Below, piece after piece: positions 22,505-32,258 of a stretch of 32,258 nucleotides of DNA. The position numbers and the translations under genes were made by a program. Every line of letters starts with the position of its first letter. The first letter of the stretch is position 1. This DNA comes from Hyphochytrium catenoides (lineage: Eukaryota; Protista; Hyphochytriomycota), in contig FLMG01003966.1 in NCBI GenBank assembly GCA_900088475.1, positions 1 to 32,258 of the forward strand. Direction: 5' to 3'. The notes under the pieces were generated by a model. The model made no database searches, was not told the origin of the DNA, and worked only from the letters and a program-made list of their open reading frames with translations.

Positions 22505-22650
22505 TCTCTCTCCTTCTTCGTCTCTCTTTCTCTCTCTCTGTCTTGTACTCTCTCTCTCTCTCTGTGTCTTCCCCCCCTCCCCCCTTTTTTCTCTCTCTTT
22601 CTCTCCTCTCTCCCTGTCTCTCTCTGCCTCTCGCTCTCTCTTTCTCTCTA
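22505..22650 (+). repeat. (CT)n microsatellite tract
   Basis: CT repeats near the 5' side of the retrotransposon relic. Confidence 0.9.
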
Positions 22651-25600
22651 GTTCCTTTCCTTTGGGGCACTCTCGCTCTTGTATAATAGTTACTTCTTCC
22701 TCACAATCTTGTTGGTTCCCTGGTGGTTTTTCTTCTTCTTACTTCAGCTCTTTACATTGTAGCATCTCGCTTGGTTTCTCTATTGGGCTAACACATAACC
22801 TGTCAAGCCCCTTCATGTTCCACTCTTTCTTGATAGTGAAGCCCATACAACATGCTGTACTTGCGTTCCTTCTTCTTGCTTCTAGCACTCGCTCCTTTCG
22901 TCATCATACCCTTTCCGCCGGCCCGAACTCTTTCATTGTTTAGCCTAGCTAGCCCTCGCAGGGTACCCAATCCTATACATCTCTTCAACGTTTCTTAGTT
23001 TTTCTCGGCAGTCTTTCTCCAAAAACAGCCTCGTCTCTTGTCGCTCTCCGTCTCACTGCCTCTCCTTTTTCTAGAACATGTCTAACATTTCTTTCTTTTT
23101 CGTAGGCTTCCCAAACTTAACTTACGGTTCCTCTTCTTCCTGCTCTGTTGCTGCTGTGTCGCGCTCCGCTTGTTGACTCACTATTCTCAGCTATTCACCC
23201 TCCTCCTCCCACTGCTTGGCTTCTTTGCAAGTCAGAAAGAAACTAATTGTTACCCCTCTTTTTGTTGAGTCTCCTTTCTACCCTGGGCTGTCTTCTCTCT
23301 CCGTCTGTCTCTCTCTGTTTGTGCTCTCCGTGCCTTGATTGGTCTCAAAAGTCTTGACGGACTCCTCTTTGTTTCTTCCTTTCTTCCTGTTTCTTTCTCT
23401 TAGCGTCGGACGACAATATCACTCATAGACCTACTATTATCCTCCCATTTTCTTATTACCGGTCAAGGTGACGCAAACTGAAGACCACCACTGAACGATC
23501 GCAGGCAGAGTAATCCTTCCTTGACCTCTCTTTATGTCGGTATTAAATAGATTTTGCTAAGCGCTTTGCAGCGGGTTTAGATCTTTGTTGTCTACTATAC
23601 TGCAGGAGGACGACGGTCCCGTTGATGCTGGGCCGGCCAATGATCTCCTCTCCCTTGTTTGCCCCCGCAAGGCTAAATCAGGCAGACGCATCTTGAGAAG
23701 AAAGGGCACCGAGAACTTGGCGAGTCTTTTCCTTTCTATCAGTTCGTGTAGGTGGTGACTAAATTTTGCAGAACCACTCGTCACCCCTTGTCATATATAT
23801 TTTCGTAGCAGAAGTTCCGCCTCATCGACTAGTGCGTTTCGACCGGCCTCCGCTGAGGTCCACAGCATCATCATCAACCGTACGAGGCAATTAGACGCAC
23901 GGCATACTTTAAAGAAGACAGAGACAACTTCTCTTTCTCTTTCGTTTCGTTCTTTGTCGGGTGCCTTACTCTCAAGTCCTCTCTCTGTCCTTTGATGCTT
24001 GTTGCGTTCTGAAGCTCGCTTCCTCGGGCCAGCGTCCTGCTCTGCTGCTTCTCAACTTTAGAGTACGAGCGTCTCTCCTATGATGCCAGATAGACCGACT
24101 ACTGCTGCTGAAGTCTCGCTTCATTATTGGTAAGAGGTAAATATATCGGCGGACCACATCATCATAGAGGCGAGAAGAGCAGAGTCTTCGTCTTCCTTTG
24201 GCTAGGATATCTCTTTCTCTCCATTTTTCCTGACAGGTTTCGGCGCATCCTTCTGTCCTTGTTGCAATGGTCGGTGTTTTATAGATTGGTTCATTGATGC
24301 CTATTTGGCACCGCTCCCCCGTTGTTGCTCCTGTTCTGTCCGGCCTTTCCCTCCATCAGTCTCGTTTCCTACCTCCCCCTTTCTATCTTCCAGCTCCCTC
24401 ACTAACTCTCTGTCTTTTCTCCTCCTCCTAAGTTTCCTCACTATCATCGAACACCAATTCTTCAGCCTACTACCTCTTTTCGTTCCCTCTCTATTGTCAT
24501 CATGTGTCTGTTAACGAGTTCTAATTATAAGCAGCAGCAGCTTCCTCTCCCTTTTGGCGTTAGGACCAAAGTCACCTAATTTCAGCTTTTCTCTCATCTC
24601 ATTGCTTCTCTTTCTTCTATCGGCTTTCTCTTTTATAGCGCCCTTTCTCTCATGTATTGTGTATAGGATTTCTAACTAAGGGTAGGTAATTTTCCTCAGC
24701 CCCTTCTTTCTTCTTCTTGCTAGATTTTGTCTCTCCCCTCCTTTGATTCTCTGTTCACTCTTTATTGCTGACAGTCATGGTTTTCTTCTGATTAGCGCTA
24801 CTTCGATGATTCTAAAAATAAGGTGCGGGGCAGAACTCTGTGCAACGAGAGACCCATAGAGAAAAGAATGGACCCAGCTGAAACGCTGCTAACGTTGCTC
24901 TAGTCAGCTGTGCTTCTTCTATCCGTTGCTGCTGTCTCTGGTAGATTTTGAGCCGGCGGCAGAGGTTGAGGCTGACCGAGGAAATCTGAAAGTGACGGAG
25001 GAGGTCAGCCCCATCCTACAACCGCGCCAGAAAACTTTAAAACCTAATATCCCTCCCTGGATATTCCACGGAAACGCTGCTACTACTACGTGTAGGAGCC
25101 TCTCGCAAGCAGGAGAGCAGAGGAGAACGGGAGGACTGGGCACTCGAAACACATGTCCACACGCTTCGCCTGCTAAGCTTCTGGCACAAATCTCCAACCT
25201 GTTCTCTTCTTCTCTTTATTCAAGCTTGAATCCATTCCTTTCAGGAGGAACAAACGGAGAGACGGAACGGAGTTGTGCGGCTTGGCTTGCGGCACAGATA
25301 CGTGGTGTTATGGTGGTCTATCAAGGTACAACCAGGACTGTATCAGCCGACAGCTCCGTAAATAACAGCTGGTCATCCGTGCCACAACTTGGCCACCGTT
25401 GTCTCTGATGTCCTGATCATTGATATAGACAACTAGTCAATCCGCAAAAGGAAGATGCTCCGTCATTAGCTTCTTGGGGCACAGGCATCGCATCATGTGA
25501 ACGACTTTGCAACCTCAGGATGCGGCTTGAGAGCTAAGCAAGAAATAGTTGAAGCAGATGGACATCATTAAGGTAGTAAGGTAGTAAGGCGAGGAAACAA

Positions 25601-26092
25601 AAGAAGTGAGGAGCAGAGCCAGCTCTGGCAGGAGAAGGAGTGCCGGCCAAACCCCGTGCAAGCTGACATTAGGGAGTCCGGAAAGGAAATCTGTCATTTC
25701 AAGGAATTGTCCGGCAAGAGGTGGGCGGGTAGAGACCCAAAGAAGAGAGAGAAGTTAGAAGCGCTTCTCGGTGGGGAGACGACGTACGGGAGGATTGTTT
25801 AACTATTGTTCTCAACAAGAGAAGATGAAGGGATCTCCTCACTCCATATCTTGATGAGGCACCTCTTTGTCTTCCCACAATTCCACGGGAGAAACATAGA
25901 GAGGAACTGCCTCTCTCTCTCTATGTCCCTCTCTCTCTTTCTTTTTTTTTCTCGCTCTGTGGGTTGTTCCTTGATGCCTTTTTCCCTTTCTCTCGGTCAA
26001 CATACAGTGCAGGAGCGGTGACGTCTCTTTGCCGCTGAGAGCGCAAAGCAATAGAGCAGTACACGGAGAGAGAGAGATTGATCATGGACGTT

Positions 26093-26290
26093 CGCTCTCT
26101 CTCTCTTTCTCTCCTTTTTCTATCTCTCTCTTTCTTTCTTTCTCTCTGTCTCTCTTTCTCTCTCTCCTTCTCTCTCGCTCTCTCTCCTTCTCTCTCGCTC
26201 TCTCTCCTTCTCTCTCTCTTTTTCTCTCTCTCGGTCTTTCTCTCTCTCTCTCTTTCTTTCTCTCTCTCTCTCTCTCATCCTCTCCTTGTT
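26093..26290 (+). repeat. (CT)n microsatellite tract
   Basis: Near-pure CT repeats. Confidence 0.95.
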
Positions 26291-27143
26291 CGTTTTATTC
26301 ATCAAGGAATATCCCATTTTCGTCCCTTCATTCTCTCGTTGTCGCCCATCGATGTCCCAGCTATCGAAGCTTGTCACAAGAAGTTCGAGGGGGATGGACC
26401 AAAGACGATGAACTGAGAGAATGCAGCAGAGTACGGAAGAGACAGAAGAGATAAAGTCCCTGTGCCTCCGTTGTGATTATCCAAGCGACGCGCGCCTGCA
26501 TGCTTCCTGCATTTACTTCTGCTTCTGCTCGCCAGTAGTAGCTCTCTTTTCTTTCCGTCGTGAAAAGACCAAAGTGAGAAAACAAAAGAGGGATGGAGGA
26601 GAGAAGATGCCGATATGGAGGAGGAGAGAGCGGAGGAAGAGAGAGATGGAGGTGAAGAGATAGAAATAGTGAGGACGGGAACTTGAAGATAGAGAGACGG
26701 AGACATTGTAAGAACATATATAAGAGAGGAGTGGGTAATCGCACATAGTAGTGCACTCTTAAGAATTAAAGACAGATGGCATATGTGATAGAAGAAAGCA
26801 AGCTACCATATCACATGCAAGTATAAGGTGATGAGCAGGGTTAGCGAAGTCGTCGCCTCAATCAGCTGGCCGGCCCTAGCCCACACAGAGCTTGTTGGGA
26901 GAGAAAACTCTGTGAAGGTGATATCATAAGGAGTTTCTCTTGTCTTTGTTTTCGTTTTGACGACGACGAAAGTTTATCGCCTGGTTATCGTGCCAGAAAG
27001 GACAGACGAATGACCTGCCTTTGAGGTCAGAAGACTATATCGCAGCAGCAAAACCAGTTGAGGAGCTACAAATAGGCGAGGTTCCGGGCTCATGGCCTCA
27101 AGTGTTCAGTTCAGGAGAAGACGTCATAACGTCACTTGACAGC

Positions 27144-27305
27144 CGACTATAAAGCCTAGGTTTTATAGTCGCCTGCAGTTCAACAACAACTACTTGTTGC
27201 TCTTCTACAGTGATGTTGAAGGCCAGTATGCTGCAATCCTTTTCATCAGAAGCCTGCAGTTCAACAACAACTACTTGTTGCTCTTCTACAGTGATGTTGA
27301 AGGCC
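27144..27305. repeat. 28-bp near-palindrome followed by two identical 54-bp direct repeats with a 27-bp spacer
   Basis: cgactataaagcctaggttttatagtcg (27144-27171), then gcctgcagttcaacaacaactacttgttgctcttctacagtgatgttgaaggcc at 27171-27224 and 27252-27305. Confidence 0.9.
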
Positions 27306-28222
27306 GTTTAAACTGCTTCATGCGGTCGGTACGATGAAAATTAGCTCTCTCTCTCTGGCGTTTACAGTTAAGCGGCTGCAAGTCTTCCCTATACGGAACT
27401 GCCTATATCGTGGATGACCTATGTGCCCATGTCAACTATAATAATAGGCTCAGGGCCAATTCATTGGTGAAGAAGCATCATCTCTGTGACATGATATCTT
27501 CTATTAGCTACTTGCCCCTGTGCTACTGGATGATCCTGATTGTTCGCTCTCCTGTTGTTGAGAGGTTATGGTGATGAATAGGACGCCTTCATATAAATAA
27601 TGAAGAAAGACATGCGCGTGATCGCAGCAGTTTATATATAGTGTATATATATAGAGAGAAGAAGGGCTCTTTCTTCTTCATCCTTTTCTCTTGGTGCATT
27701 AACATTTCGCACGCTCGATACCTACTAGCTGTTCAGCAATTTTTATTGAAATATCTTTACGGACCGGAGGGAGCAGCCTAAAAGAGGCCTGTTATCTTAG
27801 AGGGGCTACTTGCCCGTCCAAGAGGAAATAAGAGAGAATAAGTGCAGATTAGGCAGATAATAACAAGCACAGTGAGAAAAGAGCAGCTTCATGATCGGCA
27901 GACATCAGTAGTATAGAAAAACAATGTTATTGAGACGTCAGCCTCCAACCCATGCTAAGCAAACATAGGACATTCGATATCTTAATAAACAGAGGGGAAA
28001 GGGCAATTAGTATAGAGTGAGCAGAACATCTAGTGAGCTTAGGGCTTTATACACGAGTTCGAGAATTTTGGCCTTGAACAACTATAAATTACAATGCAGC
28101 ACATCGGCGGCCAGTCTACTCTTTCTTGGTCTTAAGGGGGTGAGGGGCCGGAATGGCTTGTTTCATAAGTTGCTACGGCTTGAAGAAGGGTGTCTCTTGC
28201 ACATACTACTCCTTCCCGTCGT

Positions 28223-29169
28223 TTATTGTACTTGCTTGACCGCTTGGCTTTTCGCGTTCATGGTACGGACGTACTCATCCAAGGCGTTACGCGCCAGAGT
28301 CATCCTGCTTTTACCTCTCCCGACATGATAGCCAATGCTAGACCAGTGCAAAATCGGAAAGATCACTCGACTGCAAATATCTATCCATAGGGCAGCATTC
28401 GCGTCCTGAAAAAGGGTACTTGTAATAAACACTATGTAGGTCTCCATGCCACTAAGGAACAGCAGGAGGAAAGAGGTAACGGTAATCTTGTCCATTAGGG
28501 TGAGGTAAGGAACTTTAGGGAGCTTGTCATTAGTGGCAAAGAGGAAAGCCACCGCGGCGAGGAAGAGCGTAAGCGCTGTTTGCATGCGCCCGTTCACGTC
28601 GGTAGGATCTTGATAAGAAACTATGAATGACCACGTGTTGATGAGAAGCTGTAGCAGAACAACTTTCCAGAGGTAGAATCCACTCTTGCGGCAAACTAAG
28701 ATTTCCAGTACGGCGTTAGAAAATGGCCTTCCAGTAGAGCTGCTCAGGTTGCCATCACGGATCTCTGCAATGGGAGGATTCAGAACGTCCCATTCTACTA
28801 AACTGTGACTGACAGATGTAGACAGGGGATCCGATTCGTCATCGTTCAACAGTCTTATTCGTGTTGAGTCACACATAGTGGGGCCAACACAAATCCTGAC
28901 TCGCTGAATATCAAAGGGGAACTCATCAGCAAAAACCTGCACGTCACGCTGCCTCTGTAGCGCTGACTATACTTCATAAGTCCAGTAGCTGTGTCCTTCA
29001 AATTCCATGATGTGTTGCCGTCCCACAGCTCTTCTAGGTCAACTGCATTGTTGATCTCTATTTTTGGTGACCAGAGCTCCTCGTACTCCGGAACGGTCCG
29101 GCCAAATTTAGGCTTTCCCGCGCCAATCATTGCTGGATCGTACCACTTCAGAAACAGACAGAAGTCAAC
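28223..29169 (-). CDS. Pentameric ligand-gated ion channel subunit (Cys-less / Pro-loop type); 1-nt frameshift near 28931-28935 and missing N-terminus (pseudogene or assembly error)
   Basis: Extracellular domain motifs VDFxLxLxWxDP, LWSPKIEINNA, YSQRYRG and FPFDIQ, pre-M1 R-x-SGFYLWK, M2 GRMQTALTLFLAAVAF, M2-M3 LPKVPYLTLMDK, four hydrophobic helices and M4 D..SR.IFP. Track ORFs 28855-29259 and 28223-28942 are the two halves. Confidence 0.88.
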
Positions 29170-29179
29170 CTGCTTTTCA

Positions 29180-29830
29180 AGGTGTTCTGAGCTGCTGGAC
29201 AACACCTTGGGGTGGTTTCTAAGCGGGCAACTACTGCTGGCACCACGCCATGCAATCAAGTGGCCTCCTAGGGTAGGCTAATACCTACCTAGCTTGGTAT
29301 CGATTGAGACCTACGCTGCAAGTTTGGCTAACACTTACTAAGGCTGGCAGCAAAACTGGCATCAAAAAGAACTCCAAGGGTACATAGCTTGACACCTACG
29401 ATGGCCATTTCCTTCCTACAGCTTTCATTTTGAGGCCGACAACTCTACGCTGTGGCACTCTATGGCTGGCACCTACGCTCGCACGTCGTAGCCTGGTATC
29501 GAGGATGGTACCTACACTGCACCACCTCCACTGGCCACCATGACTGGCGCTAAGGAGGAGGCCTATGGCACCTAGACCAACAGGGTAGGAGTTTGCACCT
29601 AAATCTGGAAGAGTAGGCTAGTAGTATCGAAGAAAGTGAAAAGAAAGGTAATGCGAGAGCAGCTGAATAATAAGGACGCACGAGTAGACGAAGTAACAAA
29701 GGAGATAAACGTCGTCATCCTTTTACCCGTCCCCAACCAAGGAAGGGAGCATGCTCCATGCGTCAGCTTCCTCTTCTCCTCCCCTACTACCTCCTTTGGT
29801 ATTGCATTTCGAGGGCTAGAAGTGAGATAA
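29180..29830 (+). pseudogene. Decayed ORF-like relic (possible TE fragment) abutting the 5' break of the ion channel gene
   Basis: One plus frame runs SELLDNTLGWFL...PPRVG*YLPSL...NTY*GWQQNWHQKELQGYIA*HLRWPF...ARTS*...KVMREQLNNKDARV. The tract is TpA-rich. Confidence 0.35.
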
Positions 29831-30569
29831 TGTGGGAATCGAGGAGAGGAAATACCACAAGGAGGGCACGCCAGAGGGAGGGCGAGAGCGAGAGCGAGAG
29901 AGAGAGAGAAAGGACGAGAGATAAGAAGAGACAGAAGCGGTGCGAAGGGGATAATAGACATATGGAAGGAGATAGACGGGAGACAGATGAGCAAAATAGT
30001 AGAGAGAGAGACGAGGGGAGGGGCAGATAGTATATTCTGAAACGAAAGTGTGACTTATTATAAAAGGAAGCAGGCTAACCGATTATGTGTGCGAAGAGAG
30101 TGAGTGGTGTCAGCGAAGTCGACGAAGAGAAGGGAGAGAGAGAGCACCAAGAAGAATTTGTACAGAAGACAAAATATACCAGAAGGAGCAGAGCGAAGCA
30201 GAAGCGGGAAGGTAGGAGTGAGGAACCAAAGGAATAGTTGTTGGAGTACGGGGGTGTGAAGAGCATGTAGGGTTAGGAAAAGGGTATGGCGACGACAAAA
30301 AGGGGGCAAAGGGAACGTTATCCTAAGGTTAGGAAGAAAGGGACAGTAGTTGCTACGGTTTAGGGAGATGTAGGCGAAGAGGAAAGGACAGAAAGAGCAG
30401 CTCACGCTGTTTGCACGGGGGAAGCAGTTGGAGAATAAGGCCTGAGAGAAGCCACAGCGGGGACGTAGGAGTGAGGGACCTGTTACTAAATCTAGGAAGA
30501 TCAGAAGTTGCTCACGAGGAGTCACTCTCTGCCCTTACTAACCTAGGACCAGGCGAGTAGGAAGAAAGA

Positions 30570-31328
30570 ATGGAGCACTCCGAGGAGGACGTATCTTACA
30601 CGGATGAGGAGCAATTCCACAATGGTTTGTACTAGGTGACAGGGTCTGAGACGGAAGACAAACAGGCGTATACGGTAGATCTACGTACAGATACTACAGA
30701 ACAATAACTATAGAGAGGGGAAGCTACCTACAAGGCAAATATAACATACAGGAATCAGGGCATGGAGGATATGCCAGCTAGGGAGGATGACCCAAAGGAC
30801 ATGGAAGAGGACATTACGTAGGAAGCGACATTGAAGTAGCTAGAACGCTGCGGATACCTGTCCAAGATACAGTATTAATGTAAGGCTTACAGGACTTACA
30901 AAGGATGTTGAGGAGAACTGACAGTAGCAGATATGGCAAGTAGGGTAGCGCAAGGAGAACATAAGCTGGGAGGCACAGTGAAGAACAGAGTAGATATGGT
31001 GCTTAGTAGAGAACCTAAGAACTAATTCAGTCAGTTGAAAAGTTCCAGAACAATACTATGAACTCACGCAATCATTCCTCAAAGGAACTTAGCGCCGCTC
31101 GCCAGCAGCAGGCACCCGAGGCGTTTAATTAAGGACCAAGGCGAAATGTTAAGGGCTAATGCTGAGATGCATGTACGACAGGAACGAAAGAGTCCTGCGG
31201 ATGGAAATAACACAGGCGGTAATTTTCAAATTAGGAAAGATAGTGGGCGAGCAGTTGCCGAAAGACAGAAAGACAGAAAGACAGGTAAAGACGACGATAA
31301 AGGGAGAGGAACAGCATCCAGATGGTAG
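30570..31328 (+). pseudogene. Decayed ATG-initiated ORF with an acidic N-terminus, unidentified (possible retroelement ORF1 relic)
   Basis: MEHSEEDVSYTDEEQFHNGLY*VTGSETEDKQ...PKDMEEDIT*EATLK*LERCGY... continues in frame into track ORF 31146-31328, with about 9 internal stops. Confidence 0.3.
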
Positions 31329-32258
31329 GGAGGACGACGTTCGCAAGAATGTCTAGAGTGAAGCAGAACGGCGAGTAGAGTGAGGGCTAAAGCTGAGCTA
31401 TCGGAGCATCCACGGGCGAACGGCGAGCTCCATGGTGAGAAGTGGGTTGGAAGTTGATCCTTTCCGCCAGCCCGTTGAAGCCGGAGGAGGCAGACAGAAG
31501 ACGTTCAGGAGATCGACAACAGACGGGAAGTAAGACCCCGCGATCCTTGCGAGAAAGTAGTTTACGTCCATTGTTAATGGGGCTTACTGGCCACATTGCT
31601 CGGTATAGCGCCCTGACAATTATCTCCACGACCTATGAAATTGTCCTGTACATGCACATGTCTGACACTTGTCGTTTCCTGCTTTTCATGACAAGCCTCT
31701 GGACTGCGTTCTCCCTGCTATTATCTTTCGGAGGAAAAGGATGGATTCGAACATAAAAAAATTTAGCGGAAGAGAACAAGGTATGCTGTGGGTCTGTGCC
31801 GGAAGCCGCAGTCTGGTGGCGTTGTGTTCTGACAAGAGCTGCAAAGGGAGAACGTCTTTCTCTAGCGTCTTAGGACAGAGCCATAGCATCAGAAGGAGGT
31901 GAGCGACGAGAGGAAAAGCAGGAACATAGACAGCTTAGGCAGGAATCCTGCCAGCAGTTAATCGTGAAGGCGATGGGGATCTTTCTTTCCCAGAGGACTT
32001 CGGGCACCGGAGGTCAAATTGGGACCCAGTCTAACATCTGCCTTATCTTCAGTTGCTTTTGGATTGAACCCACCATCTCACCCTCCTCTGCGATGGAAGA
32101 ATAAGCGTAAAGAATGACAACAATAGCCAAAAGAGCAAGGAAGAAGATAAAAAAAGAGAGAGACATCAAGAGAAAGGGAGAACCAGTGCATTCATGCAGG
32201 ACCCAGAGTGAGCAATAATCGAAGAGAAAATATAAAAGGATAAATATGTTCTAGGGTT

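Noticed and set aside
24926-26454. Possible spliced gene from ORF 24926-25408 and exon-like pieces at ~26008-26089 and ~26361-26490
   Set aside because: No consistent stop-free model and no recognisable domain.
27171-27305. CRISPR array (also considered for 8805-8911)
   Set aside because: Only two repeats, repeats longer than the spacer, no cas genes, and a eukaryotic context.
28929-28946. Programmed -1 frameshift or an 11-nt GT-AG micro-intron (gtgacgtgcag) repairing the channel frame
   Set aside because: No canonical X XXY YYZ heptamer in frame. Eleven nt is far below the other intron sizes here, and removing it would shorten the conserved loop.
29285-29310. Minus-strand VSIDTKLG as the missing upstream channel exon
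   Set aside because: It is preceded by an in-frame stop, and no splice combination gives the expected spacing to VDF.
32251-32258. Telomeric repeat at the window end (ctagggtt)
   Set aside because: Only one partial unit.

Overview
Eukaryotic (protist-like) genomic DNA with spliceosomal introns, very long GA/CT microsatellite tracts and a 68-N scaffold gap (18641-18708). Four genes can be assembled from the sequence. (1) A PACRG/PACRGL-family gene (+, ~30-1802). (2) A six-exon PSTAIRE cyclin-dependent kinase of the CDK1/CDK2/cdc2 type (+, 15862-17844, 302 aa). (3) A three-exon UPF0390/C19orf53-like basic protein (-, 18307-19218, 122 aa), which the ORF track does not show as a unit. (4) A Cys-less pentameric ligand-gated ion channel subunit (-, 28223-29169) with one frameshift and no recognisable N-terminus. 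The spacers between genes contain many decayed ORF-like tracts whose stops are one C>T step from Gln/Arg codons, and two such tracts are TpA-enriched by hand count. This suggests a RIP-like CpA>TpA mutational defence, which is the best candidate for an undescribed system here but remains an inference. Also present: a relic 3' end of a restriction-like-endonuclease non-LTR retrotransposon, a 30-bp-arm hairpin, and two repeat-spacer-repeat units associated with palindromes. Most ORF-track entries are microsatellite artefacts. No rRNA, tRNA or CRISPR array is supported. All counts are by hand and no searches were run.
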